The notes beneath the pieces are model-generated. The model saw only the letters and a list, made by a program, of their open reading frames with translations, did not search any database and was not told where the DNA came from. The translations under genes and the position numbers were made by a program. A DNA stretch of 63,027 nt, filler included, from Olpidium bornovanus S191 (Eukaryota > Fungi > Olpidiomycota): assembly GCA_017911155.1 (NCBI GenBank). It is 31 parts of 31 records of this genome, joined end to end, with 100 filler letters (N's around TTAATTAATTAA, not from the genome) between each part and the next. Parts side by side here need not be neighbours in the genome. Positions count along the whole stretch, not along the records: positions 1 to 1,903 come from JAEFCI010009099.1; positions 2,004 to 6,234 come from JAEFCI010005402.1; positions 6,335 to 8,195 come from JAEFCI010011447.1; positions 8,296 to 10,148 come from JAEFCI010006484.1; positions 10,249 to 11,590 come from JAEFCI010001188.1; positions 11,691 to 14,095 come from JAEFCI010010144.1; 25 more parts are not named here. One strand, written 5' to 3'. Below, one piece after another: positions 1 to 11,691 of the stretch (positions are counted from its first letter, which is position 1; each line of letters begins with the position of its first letter).

Positions 1-365
1 ACATGGCTTACCCCGCTTTAGTCGGGGTAGGGGGTGCAACGCGGATGAGCGACGGCTGACTGCGCAGCTCTTGCTTGGCTGCGGACCGGCTGCATCACGT
101 TTTTCGCAAGCAGCACCTCCACCAGCTTCGCAGCCAACCGAAAGTATACAGACATTCTCGAATCTCCAGAAACAGGGGGGCAAGCGCCCTTCACGTATCC
201 ACCCTCATTCGATCGGTGCCGCGCGATTGTTTTTCTTTGAGTATGCAGGAGGAGACAGGAGGAGACGTGTTTCCATTGCACCTTTCCATCGTGGTCAAGT
301 CGTGCAACGGCGCCCTCAGGGCTAAACCACTCCTACCAACCTCCCCCCGCCCCCAATCCGTATTA

Positions 366-1287
366 TCACTCCTCCCCTATGTGAAACTGGCTCTTTCGTA
401 CATGTTCCCTTTGCTTCCGTAGCCAAGCCCGGTAATCCTTAACACTTTTAATCTTTTCGCCGTAGAAATCTTGTAGCAAAAGAAATTCCGTTCGCGTGGA
501 AGTGGGTAAGCGGACGTTCCCGACGGAGTCGCGGAGGGACGAAAACAAGGGGGGGGGGGGGGGACAGACTCACCGGGTATGGGATTTCTGATGCTGTTCG
601 ACGATGAATGAGAACGGTATTTGGCGATCCGCCTGAAAAACTCTTTGTCTTTCTGCAAATTGAACCGACGTCAAGCAAAAGAGCGGTGAGTCAAGTTGGA
701 CTGGCACTCTTGGGGAACCGCGCGGCACATTCAGCAGGTTGGACACATACCTCTTCTATAAGCCGCACAATATCCTTGTTGAGGAACTTCCACGACCAGC
801 TGCCCACCAGCGGCCCAGCAAGAAGACCTACCAGCCCGCAGCCGACGGTGCCAAGCGAGTAGGCCATAAAAGGCTCGAGGCCGAAGTAAGTTGCGCCCGG
901 TGCCAGTTCTTTGGTGAGAAAGTATGCGGACCCGCCGGTCAATCCTGCGAAGGTTGTGGACACCATCATCAAGGTTTCCACCAGGCGACGCCTTCGTCGA
1001 ATGTGGAAGTAGTCGTTCCACGCGAGCGGTAGTGTCCGGCCCGCTGTGGGAGCGGCGGCGGCAGCGGCGGCGGCGGCGGCGGCGGCGCGGCGCGGCCCCG
1101 AAAACGACCGCGCGACAGTCAGAGACTCGTGCGGCGACGAGGGGGCCACGACGGACGACGCCGCCGGCAGCTCCGACCGCCTCACGCTTAACTTCGCCGC
1201 GGGCCTCGTTGGCAAGGAGAGGGCGGCCGTGCATAACGCGCGAACCGCCCGAGGAGGACCAGAGACAGTGGCGTGAGTGCGCCTCAT
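366..1287 (-). CDS. PAM17: Mitochondrial presequence translocase-associated motor subunit Pam17 (3 exons: 1287-751, 652-574, 469-366)
   Basis: The spliced product reads ...LAWNDYFHIRRRRR...FGLEPF...GLLAGPLVGS...IEE|KDKEFFRRIAKYRSHSSSNSIRNPIP|DFYGEKIKSVKDYRAWLRKQ. This matches the Pam17 motifs W..FF.LR, GP..G and NPVPDYYGEKI.S..Y..WLR. Both GT-AG introns keep frame, and the N-terminus is Arg/Ala-rich and presequence-like. Confidence 0.93.
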
Positions 1288-1903
1288 GACCGATTGAGGG
1301 CCCGGCAGCTGTTAATGTTTCGGCTTCTTCTCCCGCAGCGCTACTATTCCGGCGCAGGTCGACCTCCAGCAAAGCGGTTCGAATTCAGAAACACGTGACA
1401 ACACGTGCACACTTTAAATACAACGCCCAGGCGGCATTTTTTTGTCACCAAGCACAAATGCAAAAAACAAAAAAAAGAATGCTCGCCACGCCCGCTGCAT
1501 GGTCCTTTTGCTGCTCCTACTTGAGGGTGACCGCTGTTCTGCAGTCCAAGACTCAAGCATCGCTGCTACGCTTGTCACATACGACACCTCCGAACACCAT
1601 GTTCTGTGGCGGGGATGCTCCCATTCCATGCCATTCCTCGCGTTCAGGTCCCTCTCATGACCACTACGATATCACTTAATGGCTTTTGGCCATTTAGGAC
1701 ACCCGTCGGCAGGTTCATGCGGTAGAGACCACAGGTCACGTGACTTAATCAATCCGCCATAGGAGACGCAGCGCTCTACGTGCATGGCCAGCTTCCTCCC
1801 GACTGGCAAACAAAACAAAGAATTAGGAGAAGAATATCAGGCAGCAACTATAAGCTGAAGCGAAACGGAGGAACGTTTCAGGTAAAGTGGAATGCCCAAC
1901 GGA

Positions 1904-2003
1904 NNNNNNNNNNNNNNNNNNNNNNNNNNNNNNNNNNNNNNNNNNNNTTAATTAATTAANNNNNNNNNNNNNNNNNNNNNNNNNNNNNNNNNNNNNNNNN
2001 NNN
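1904..2003. other. Artificial contig spacer (44 N + TTAATTAATTAA + 44 N), first of 30 identical spacers
   Basis: The same 100-nt block recurs after positions 1903, 6234, 8195, 10148, 11590, 14095, 15303, 18596, 19843, 21159, 22434, 23668, 25126, 26614, 29292, 32989, 34907, 37251, 39123, 40610, 42737, 44276, 46325, 48886, 50322, 54961, 56145, 57756, 59854 and 60989. The 12-mer places stops in all six frames. Confidence 0.99.
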
Positions 2004-2029
2004 CATGATGATTAACACGCACGCAGTTG

Positions 2030-2200
2030 CTAAACCAACAAGACTCAGGCAGTAGAACTGGCCTCCGACAATAAGGTGTCCAAGAGGTCAAAAAATATCG
2101 ATGTTCGTTACCATCACCTCCGCCGGTGTGCAGCGGAGGGCAGTGTCAGCATACGCCGCGTGGGGACAGCCGAGAATCCCGCTGGACATCTTTAGGAAGA
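2030..2200 (+). mobile_element. Ty1/Copia RNase H relic (frameshifted)
   Basis: Translates as KPTRL..QAVELASDNKVSKRSKNIDVRYHHLRRCAAEGSVSIRRVGTAENPA, then DIFRK after a 1-nt shift. This matches the Copia RNase H end motif (R.KHIDVRYH...N.ADIFTK). Confidence 0.85.
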
Positions 2201-2450
2201 CGAGAGGGCGTGCGACCGCCCACCGCCAGGTGACCGAGCGGGAACGTACTGTACTCCCTGACAACGGTTGGATTGATGAGGTAGGTAAAATCTAGGGTAA
2301 TAAAATAAACCCTGGCACTTTCCCTGAGGGAGCAAAGCTCACCGGAGTGCAGCAGGCTCAGCTCCGGCCACCTGACAAAAAGCAAAACGGCAAAACGACG
2401 CCCGACACCCTCCCTTCCCAGTCAACTTTCTCGTCGCCACCAAAGTAGTC

Positions 2451-4672
2451 ATGTTTACGCCGAGGAACAGAAACGCGAGGAGGAAGAGGGTCGTCCTGGT
2501 GGGCGCGGAGGACACCGGCGACGGCGGCACTCACCAGCAGCTGGAAGGCGAGCGCGCCGCGCGCGAGCGCCGCTCGTGGCGAAGCGAGAACACGTCTCTG
2601 TCGGCGGACGAGGGGACAGAGGGCGCAGAAGCGACACGCGCTGACCTGCATATGGAGGACGGCGACGATTGCGAGCGACCCGTCGGAGGCGCTCACGGTG
2701 ATGTTGCTCTGCCCCCTGCGACCAGCGCAGCTAAGACACCGAGAGTGGGCGGCACCGGAACTGGAGGCGGGGGTGGGCGCCACAACGGAACCTTGTTTCC
2801 GTTTCGTCTCGTGCGACCGCAGCTTCCGTCGTCTACACCGTGAAGACTGACTTTACACCGACCAACGTTTGGACGCTTCGATTTTTTACCAGGGGTGGCT
2901 TGGGATGTCGACTGCACGCCCTCACATGCTCTCGGGACAAAGGAGAAGCGAGAAAAGAAGGCGAAACCCAAAGGTGCCGGTGGTCTCGCGCTCAGTTTTG
3001 GAGACGAGGTACGCGCAGTCGCTCGCCGTGAATTTAACACTTTTACTCCGCGACTTCGTGCAGCGGAGGGCACCGCACTCGGACTCCCGCTGATTTGCGC
3101 TCGCTCTGGAATCGCGTCAGGAGGAAGCTGAGGAAGTTTTCCTCGTGAAAAAGTCAGCAGCAAGTAGGCGAATGGCGAAGAACCGGACGAAGCGGACGCA
3201 CCTCTCGGCGTACGTAGCCGCCTCCCGCACAACGCCGTGAGCGTCAACGCATGATTATCTGCTAACTATCCTTTAGAGACATGCTACCTGCGTCAATAGA
3301 TATTGGCAGGGTTTCTATTTCCGGAACGCCGTCGTACACCGCGGAGCACCTTGCGGAGCTGAGGAAAAACGCTGTGCGCACTCCGCCGTCTGGCTTTGGA
3401 GAGGTAGACGACATCGTTGCCCAGAAATTTCCTTTGACCTTTGCAGTTGGCGGAGGCGATGGCATCCCGGACGCGAACGCCGTACATGCGGCCCGATTGC
3501 GGCGAAAGAAAGCGAGGGAATCGGGGGTGATGTCTCCGACGGAATTTTCTGAGCCGGAGTCGACTGCTGAGGATTTCATACCGCTGGACGGAAGCGCTGG
3601 AAGCAGGCAGGTCGGAAAATACACAGGTCCGTCCCGGCTTGTCCGGGAAGAAGACGAACTTGACGACGGCGAAGGAGGTACGCGGCCGTACTTTTATTCG
3701 TGCACCTGGTACGTCACTGCCCACTTATTTCCACGCCGATTTTGCCGTGTCACATCGTATTATTCCAGAGTATTCCGCATATATTGGCGAGAAGATGGTT
3801 TTGACGCAGAAAGACATCAGCGAGCAGAAGATGCAGCGTAAAGAAAGTATGCTGGCCAGCTTGGACACATTGTACGTCTTTGATTTTGTTGTTCACACAC
3901 ATGCGTTGGTTCTAGTTCTCTAGGTCCTGCTGCTGTTTCCGTCGCACCTCAACGCTTCGCTCTACTTTCCAGAATTGTGGACGCCGATGAAGATGATGAA
4001 CAGCGTGATTGGGAGATCGACAAGATCAGGAAAGGGGGTTACGCGGAAATGGACAAGATGTACGTGGACAGAGCAATATGTCGATCTCACTGAATCTTCG
4101 ACTTCCGAAAATTTCAGAAAGTTGGCGCAAGCTCTGATTGTTTGCGTGAATTACAGCATTCGAACAGCATCATACTTGCATAAGGAACGACAGCGAAACA
4201 AAAAAAGTGTGTTTAAACGCTACAGAAGTTGTGCGCGCGATTGTTCGGAAGTGCAGTCTTTTTTATATTGACACTTGTCTATCGTGCAATCCTTGAAGTC
4301 CCGGCAATAACACCAATACCCACGATGGCCGCCGTTCGAAAGCGGTTGGCGGAAGCACTGGCAGACGTTCAGGCACAGCGGGAGTCGTATGATAGGCAGC
4401 TGGATCAAGTCCGCAAAGACCGGGTGGAGGTGCTAGCTGCCGTTGAGACACTCTCTGTTGAAGTTGAGCGGGAGTCCGAGCGATATGGTCAGCATCTTGC
4501 GGCTCTCCGCGAGAAGCTCGACGAGGCACGGAATGACGCTGCGGCGCATAAGATTGGAGGATTTGCAGCAGGAGCTTCTGCCACTGAGCAGGCTCCAGAA
4601 CCGATGGAAGGCGATGCGACATTTGCGCCGAACATCGTGGTCACGGAAGGAGACGACTTTGTGCTGGGATGA
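2451..4672 (+). CDS. NTR2: Ntr2 / PAXBP1-GCFC2 family spliceosome disassembly factor (multi-exon)
   Basis: Exons give ALSFGDE|EEAEEVFLVKKS, SYTAEHLAELRK, IPDANAVHAARLRRKKARE, SRLVREEDE, DEQRDWEIDKIRKG and a final coiled-coil exon ending at 4672. These parallel PAXBP1 motifs (LLSF.DE, EEVF.VKKS, IPDA..IHAAR.KR..AR, RLVRED, WE.EQIRKG). Not all exon edges were resolved. Confidence 0.85.
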
Positions 4673-5303
4673 GGCACAATGGAAGGTGGATTTGAAACGG
4701 CTTTGCGCTTCTATGGTGTTATGAAAAGCCGATCGGTGCGGACTGGTGCAATCATTTGACGTGCTGATCGCCGGTTGTTGGAGCTCAGGCGCCTCCCTAT
4801 TACGGACAGTAGCAGATGTCGGGACACCATTACTGCCATTTCGCTCTAAAAGCAAAGGGTTGCCGTTGGATTCATCCTGTCAAAGAGAGGTCACTTTTGG
4901 TATCTTGCTGGCAGTCCGCTGCCGATCAGATCTGCTTTTTTCAGTCGGGTCCCGTCCAATGGCGGACCGACGCCTAGCCTTGTCAGGCTTCGCCTGGGTC
5001 GATCGTTATCATCTGACAGCACCCTCGCCGGCCGAGGGGCCACGCAAAGGCTAGAACAAGGCCCCTTCGCCGAAAAGAAGCAAAGCCGCATCTGTCATCC
5101 AATGCTGCTGCCTTGCCGGAAACATGCAGATTGTGAGGATCGACGCGCAGCCGGGTAAGAGGGTATCAACGAAATCTCGAAAACGGCGGCGAGGACAGCA
5201 CAGGAAGCAGGAACGTCATCGACGTAATATGCAATGATGACGAAAAGTCGGATTGTTGCAAAAGGCGAAGCAGGCGAGCAGCTGGCGCCACAATGATACA
5301 CGT

Positions 5304-6089
5304 TGTCACGATAGCAGCGCTGACAATTGCGAGTTGTCCAGGCAGTGTGACGCACACCTGTTTGGCGCTCGCCAGTTTGGCGCGCATACCGGTGCGGCCC
5401 ACGCTTCGTACCGCCGTGTGCCCCAATGGTGTGTGCTGCCAGTGTTCGGACTACACACCCACCAGGCTGCTGTGAGAGCTGCGGGTCACGATAGAGTCCA
5501 GGGGAGACACCGCCACCGTCCCACATGGAATATCCCACATAGTAAAGGTGCTCATAGCCAATAAGCCGCCCGTGATGCGCACCCACACCATGTCCCAAGA
5601 GAACGCCCATGCACACACGATATGACACGACACCCGAGCTCGACCCGTGTGCCGGCCTGGGACTTCCGTGTAATTGGGCCGAGATATGCGTGAACTCCCG
5701 TCAACACACACCAAAATGTTCTAGTCTTGATCCCGACCTTGAATCCTGATCTTGAACCACACATGTCTCTTGGTAGTTCCGTCCCCCGATAGCGCAGAGC
5801 GCGTGACCAGGCCCTACCAGGCCCTACCAGGCCCTACGGTCTGACACACGCCACGCCATATCATGCCACGCCACGCATCGGCCCACTACCGAGAACCACA
5901 CCAAGTTGCGACCGCGCTTTAGCGCTGCGCGCGGTGCCACCGCGCATGTATATAAGGCGCGCTGCCGTCGCGCACTTCATAAAACTTCATAGAACCTTCA
6001 GACCCACATTCCAGACCCCGGACCAGACCCTGAGCTTGAACTTGTGAGATTATTCCGTGCTTCAGTCGTTACATCTGGTATGCTCAGCC
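5304..6089 (+). mobile_element. Putative 5' LTR with primer-binding-site-like motif
   Basis: TGTCACGA at 5304 and TCGTTACA at 6066-6073 are imperfect inverted termini (7/8). TATATAAG lies at 5949, and TGGTATGCTCAGCC follows at 6076. The left boundary is uncertain. Confidence 0.45.
5807..5836 (+). repeat. 10-bp tandem repeat (CCAGGCCCTA) x3 inside the putative LTR
   Basis: Three perfect consecutive copies read directly. Confidence 0.9.
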
Positions 6090-6804
6090 ACTGCAGAGAG
6101 CTCTCAAAGAAGGCATGATAAATTGTCCGTGAAATTAGTATTATCCATCAGTCCTCCTTGAAAACTTTCATTTGGTGCCAAGATGTCCTTTGTAACAATA
6201 GCTGGTTGGGAGCAATGGTGGTTCGAAGGCGGGGNNNNNNNNNNNNNNNNNNNNNNNNNNNNNNNNNNNNNNNNNNNNTTAATTAATTAANNNNNNNNNN
6301 NNNNNNNNNNNNNNNNNNNNNNNNNNNNNNNNNNCATGCCAACGTCGAAAGATATTTTTTTACACCTGACCACATTAGACTCTGCCGGTCAGTTGTTTCG
6401 TACGAGAATCGGCATTTCACTGCGAGTCTTTTTTCGTCCCCGCTCAAAGTCCGACGCGGGACTCGATTGCGTTTTGAACCGCACAAGAAATTATTCAGGA
6501 AAGTCTAAACTTTACGATTCCGACGACGCAGAGCGCTCGCAGGCGATCGGGCCGTGCCAAAGGAATCTCAGGGTCGGCTGCAGAGCGTCGAGCGGGCCCA
6601 GCCATCCTGACGTTCGAGAGCTGCGGAATCGAAAGCCGGATCTTGCGTCGCACCGCGCGACGCCGTTTGCCCCGGTGAGCTGCGAGCGTTGGGAGGTGAA
6701 TGTCCTCCGCTTGTCTGATTTTGCAAAGTTTCCTGCAACGCACGCCGCAATCCCCCACTCCTCTCCCAAAGAACAACAGCGACACAACACCCGCCGGGGG
6801 CCGC

Positions 6805-7216
6805 ATGATGAGTTTCCTTCGGGAAATCCGGGAGCTGCAGGGCGACGCGCTGTCCGCTCTTGAAAGGACTCTGGAGTTGTTGTCGTCCGCCGTGATCCGC
6901 GGGGTGGTCCTCGGCGCGAAAAACAGTTTTGCTCCCAACCGCGAAACTTTCGCGAGGCTCTACCGCCAGACTTTCGAAACCCTGAACGCCTACGTCGGAC
7001 GAATTTGGCTTAAGGTAAACAAAAAACCAACATTAAAGATATCGACCGGCTGCGCGGAAAGCCGCCATATTCGAACAAAGCTTCAGCCGACGGTTCCGGC
7101 TTTCTTCCTCCGTTTTCAGAACTTCCTTATGCTTTGGATTATCTTTGCGGCCCCGCCGTTCGCCGTTTTTGCCATCTTCTGCCTCGTGGCGTCGGCGGTC
7201 GTCTGCTTTTTCGCCG
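6805..7216 (+). CDS. Small membrane protein, first two exons (6805-7014, 7120-7216); possibly promethin/LDAF1-like
   Basis: ATG ORF ...YVGRIWLK|gtaaac...ttttcag|NFLMLWIIFAAPPFAVFAIFCLVASAVVCFFA G|gtgagt has a phase-consistent intron. The long hydrophobic hairpin with a central PP resembles promethin-type lipid-droplet factors. The family assignment is weak. Confidence 0.5.
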
Positions 7217-8010
7217 GTGAGTGCCGAAACCCTTTTTTTTCTCCCCCGTCTTTCTCGGTTTCTCAGAAAGGGGAAGGAACCCCCTGCGGTCGTCGCAAGT
7301 ACGCCGACGAGCGACCAGCCTCCTCTGTCTCTGACTTCGCGCGGCGTTTGCGGGGCGGTTAAACGACTCCCCGCTCGCGCGCAGCAATTCCGCTGTCGGC
7401 TTTCCTCGCGGCGTCCGCGCTGGGGGCGTTCGTCGCTCACGTCGCCGCGTACGGTCTCGGCGCGGCATTTCGGCTTCTCGTGTCGAAGACGGGCCTGCCG
7501 AGAACACGCGGAGACGAAGGTTACGCGGCGCTCGTCAGGGGTACCAGTGCCGCTTGAAAAACAGAAAAAAAGATGAGAAATCATTTTTTCTACTTTCCGG
7601 TAATCTCGCAGTGCCGGTGCCGGGAACGGCTGCTGCCCCTGCCCTCTCGCCACGCCCCTGTGCGAGCACTGCAATTCTGCGTGGGTCCTGGCACCGCTTC
7701 AACGACGACGCCGTTCGGAGTTTTGCAGTAAACAGACGGCTTTCTGACAACGCCGCCTCGCCGGCACGACCCAAAATGCGGGGAATCTTGTGTGTTTTTT
7801 TGTCTTTTTATTGTTCGGTCTAATTCAGTTCGATCGTTTGAGGGTACGAAAACTGCGGGCGTTTTTTTTCTACTCTGTTTTGGGCGAAATATCGCATAGG
7901 CCAAAAGCCGGGGAGGAGGAGAGGAAAAGGCGTGGGAGCGGCCAGAAATGCGCCGACCCTCTCCCGGAAACACGGTTATTGTTGGTTCTGGAGAGGAAAG
8001 AGGGGAAAGA

Positions 8011-8096
8011 GGGGGAGAGGTAACTTGAAACGTCGATGCGATGCATCAACTACGGGGGAGAAGTAACTTGAGACGTCGATGCGATGCATCAACTAC
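8011..8096 (+). repeat. 43-bp tandem duplication (2 copies, 2 mismatches)
   Basis: GGGGGAGAGGTAACTTGAAACGTCGATGCGATGCATCAACTAC is followed by GGGGGAGAAGTAACTTGAGACGTCGATGCGATGCATCAACTAC. Confidence 0.92.
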
Positions 8097-8295
8097 GGAT
8101 GGCTGCCTCAAATCGCCGCGCTTTTCAGTTTGACAGCGTTCGGGGACTTGTTTGTTATGAATGGAAAGGATGCAGGGAAACTGCGGTGCATGTTCNNNNN
8201 NNNNNNNNNNNNNNNNNNNNNNNNNNNNNNNNNNNNNNNTTAATTAATTAANNNNNNNNNNNNNNNNNNNNNNNNNNNNNNNNNNNNNNNNNNNN

Positions 8296-9254
8296 CCTTT
8301 CTTCGGAAGCGCAAGATCAAATATTCCGTCGCAAGCAACGGGCAGGAAGCGGTGGACACGTGGGCGCAGGGCGTCTTCCACTTGGTTCTGGTGAGCGGGG
8401 ACGGCGGAGGCGCGGGTCTTTTTTCCTTTTTTTTTTTTTTTTTTTCTTCTGGTTTCTCGTTTCCGTAGTGATCGCGGTCGGATCCGGTTGGTGACGATAC
8501 GTGTACGCGAAAATCGCAGATGGACATTCAGCTTCCGGTCATGGACGGCATACAAGCGACGAAGATCATTCGTCAGATGGAAAAGGAGAGGAAGATCGGC
8601 GTGTTCCCGATCACGGCGGCGGGTCCCACGTCCGCAACGGACTTCACCGACGTCGGAAGCAGCAAACCCGACTGCGCCGTCGCGTCCACGTCCCAACCGC
8701 CCGCCCGCGCGCCCGAGCCCGGAAACGCGTCCGTTTCGGCGCCAATCGGCACGACGCCGAGGCAAACGCGCGCGCCGCCGGAAGAAGTCGGAGAGGCGCC
8801 GGGCGAGGGAGCGCCCGCGCCGTCCGCGGGGCCGCCGCCGCGTCCCCCGGCATCCGGCGCACAAGCGCACGCGACCTCGCTGCGGTCGCCCGTGATCATC
8901 GTCGCGCTGACGGCCTCGTCGCTGCAGTCCGACCGGAACGCCGCGCTGGCCGCGGGCTGCAACGACTTCTTGACGAAGCCCGTCAGCCTCGTGTGGCTCG
9001 AGCGGAAGATCATGGAGTGGGGGGGCATGCAGGCGCTTATCGACTTCGAGGGATGGAGGAAGTGGAAAAGCGACACGGGCCACAACAAGCAGCAGGCCGC
9101 GCCCGACCCCGCGCCGTCTGCCCGGCCGCCGACGGCGAAACCGGCCGGCGCGCCCGCGCCCGCGGCGCCGCCGGAGGAGGCGTCCGGCTGCTCGGCCGCG
9201 CCTTTCGAAGGGCGGCGGGCGGCCGACGACCGCGGCGGTCCGGGAACAACCTGA
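8296..9254 (+). CDS. SSK1: Ssk1/Mcs4-type response regulator, C-terminal receiver domain (5' partial; exons 8296-8390, 8520-9254)
   Basis: FLRKRKIKYSVASNGQEAVDTWAQGVFHLVL|MDIQLPVMDGIQATKIIR...SPVIIVALTASSLQSDRNAALAAGCNDFLTKPVSLVWLERKIMEWGGMQALIDFEGWRKWK. The phospho-Asp (MDIQLP) and the Ssk1-specific EWG.MQALID tail are present. Confidence 0.95.
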
Positions 9255-10072
9255 TCCTGAGGGGGGGGAGGTGCGGGAAAGATCCCCCCGCCGGCCGGGT
9301 CCGTGTCCGTCGCCGGTTGACGCGGGACCCGGAGCTTTCGGGCAAGTCCGGGAGCTCGAACCGATTCTTTTTGTGCTATCATCTTTTCGGAGCTTCGCCT
9401 CCTCCACCCCGCTGCCTGCTCGGGCATCGCAGGCGCGACCATCGATCTCATCCGGAGTGGGCGTCGGAACGAGATCTTCAGACGAGCCGCTCCCCGAGGA
9501 GCGTTTGCGAACCGGCGGCGGGCTCCCGGGTCGCTCGTACCGGACGAGCGCGACCGAGAACGGGAAAAAGGCATTTTTTTTTTCTTTTTGCCCTGAGAAA
9601 CCCCCCCCCTTACTTTCTTCCGCCTCCGCCGGCGCCGCACGTCAGGCTTGGCCAGGCGCGGAGGCGGACCTGCAAAACGAACGAGGCGAGCGCAGAGGGG
9701 AAGCGGACCCGCCGCAGTCCCCCGCGTCGCCGCGCGCGCGTGGGCGAAGCGCGTCTCAGTGGGTCGGCCGCTTTTTCCGCGCGCGCCGCGTCTCCCCCTC
9801 ACTGAACGCGGCGCGCCGCGTCCGCCCCCGGTGAGGTCCGCCCAACTGCCGTATCGGTTAACCGACCCCGCCCCCACTCACTCCACCGTCTCCTCAGTGG
9901 AAAAACACTACAAAAATAAAAAGCAAAAGGCAAAAAGCCGGCAAGCGAGCAGATCAAACTGTTTACCTATCAATACACCTCGAGCCACGTGGGGCAACGT
10001 TGGTAAAAAAAGGTTCTGGTGCGGAGCGGGTCTGTGAGAAAAAGCGCGACCGGCCTGCGCAAACCAGGACGA

Positions 10073-10113
<41 letters not shown>

Positions 10114-10248
10114 CACCCCCCCCCCAAAAGGGGGCCCCCAAAAAAAAANNNNNNNNNNNNNNNNNNNNNNNNNNNNNNNNNNNNNNNNNNNNTTAATTAA
10201 TTAANNNNNNNNNNNNNNNNNNNNNNNNNNNNNNNNNNNNNNNNNNNN

Positions 10249-10427
10249 ATCCCGGGCAACCGGGTACGTAGGCAGCCGAAATTCCTCCAATTGAGGACCG
10301 TAGGTGCAAGGGAAAGTGCGCGATTTCCAATTCTTTCCTTTTTCTCCTTCCTTTTCCTTCCTTCCCCCGTTTTGAAAACTGCGTTCCCTCTGATCCCGGC
10401 GGCGACCGGGTACGTCGGTAGCCGAAA
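10249..10427. repeat. Degenerate ~33-bp direct repeat (10249-10281 and 10393-10427)
   Basis: ATCCCGGGCAACCGGGTACGTAGGCAGCCGAAA versus ATCCCGGCGGCGACCGGGTACGTCGGTAGCCGAAA. Confidence 0.75.
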
Positions 10428-11691
10428 CTTGAGTGGGAGCGCAGGTCCAAAGGCAGCCAATTTTGTTTAGTTCGTAGTCCCTTCCCACATTCCTTTTGCA
10501 AAACGCGAATTGTGCTTAACCATAGAATTCAAATGTGCAATTATCTTGCATTGATCAAATTGGGCTTTTGATACATCGCTTGCTTCTTTGTCGGCGAGGG
10601 TGAGAATGGCCGAGTTCACCGCGGAATGGCGGGGAATCGGCGCGCGGCGGCGGCGGGTGGGTTGCGTGTCGCGCGGCATCGGCGGGAGGTATGGAATGAC
10701 GGGAAGGGGAACGCGGGGGGTGGGCGGCGGGGTGTGTGTGTTTGTATGCGTGTGTGCTGGGGAAAGGGTTGGGAGGGGGTTGCAGGTTAGAAGGAATGAA
10801 GAGGGCAAGGCGTGCGCGGGGATGGTCGTCGGGTCCCCGCACAAGGAAGGGTGCAATTGGGCAGTCGGAGTGGACACGGTCGCGGTCGAAGACGGAACGC
10901 GACGGCGGTACATCTATGTCACCGCTCGCGATCTCCAGGTTTTTTTTTTCAAATTTTTTTCTCCCGGTAGGAGCTTTCGCCAGCGAAAGCTTTTTTTTTT
11001 CTCGTTATTGTTTTTCGGCGCGTCGGAAACGGCGGGCCGGGCTTTCCTTTTTTTTGTTTTTTTTTTTTTTTTTTTTTTTGTTTTTTTGCTGCGGGTTCCG
11101 CCGGCGGTTTATTTTTGTTCGCGTTCTGTTCTGACTTTTCCTTCTGTCCTCTTTCGCCGAGCCTCGGCGGAAGCGGGAATTTTTTTGGTTGTTTTCGGCC
11201 GGCGGAATGAAGAAACAGAAAAATCTGAAACCGTCCGCACATCCCGGCGCCCGAAAGCGCCGCCCGGCGATTCCCGTTTGAGGGAGCGAGGCAATTGCGG
11301 GCGCTGAGCCCGAAAAAAGGCGATCGGAAGACCACAGGCCGCCTCCTTTTTTTTTTCTTTTCCAGTTTTCGCAAAACTTTCCCCGCCTTCGCGCCGCGTG
11401 CGGCGGAGTCCGCCAAGAGAATAGGATCCCCCCGGCCGATCATTCTTCGCCCCCCGGGCGCGTTCGGAGGGGGTTTTGTTTTTACGTGATTTGTTAGGAT
11501 TGTTTGCGAGGAGCGGGGCGCTTGAGGGAAGGAATTTCAATCTCGGCATCTGGATGCGGGGCAGAAAGGGGAGACGGCTCTTATTCATGCNNNNNNNNNN
11601 NNNNNNNNNNNNNNNNNNNNNNNNNNNNNNNNNNTTAATTAATTAANNNNNNNNNNNNNNNNNNNNNNNNNNNNNNNNNNNNNNNNNNNNC

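Noticed and set aside
1948-1959. TTAATTAATTAA palindromic repeat recurring at intervals, superficially CRISPR-like or regulatory
   Set aside because: Always centred in 88 N; it is an artificial six-frame-stop linker. ORF-track peptides ending XXX..LIN or XXX..N are artefacts of it.
8244-9877. Long Arg/Gly/Pro-rich overlapping ORFs on both strands (also 12395-13192, 21500-22490, 44603-46381, 58444-59496)
   Set aside because: These are shadow frames caused by high GC and stop-codon scarcity; the real frames are identified by homology and splice sites.
10500-10580. SKAQFDQCKIIAHLN resembling the MutL C-terminal SKxDFxxMxIIGQFN motif
   Set aside because: The similarity is too short and the following FII/DQHA motifs are absent.
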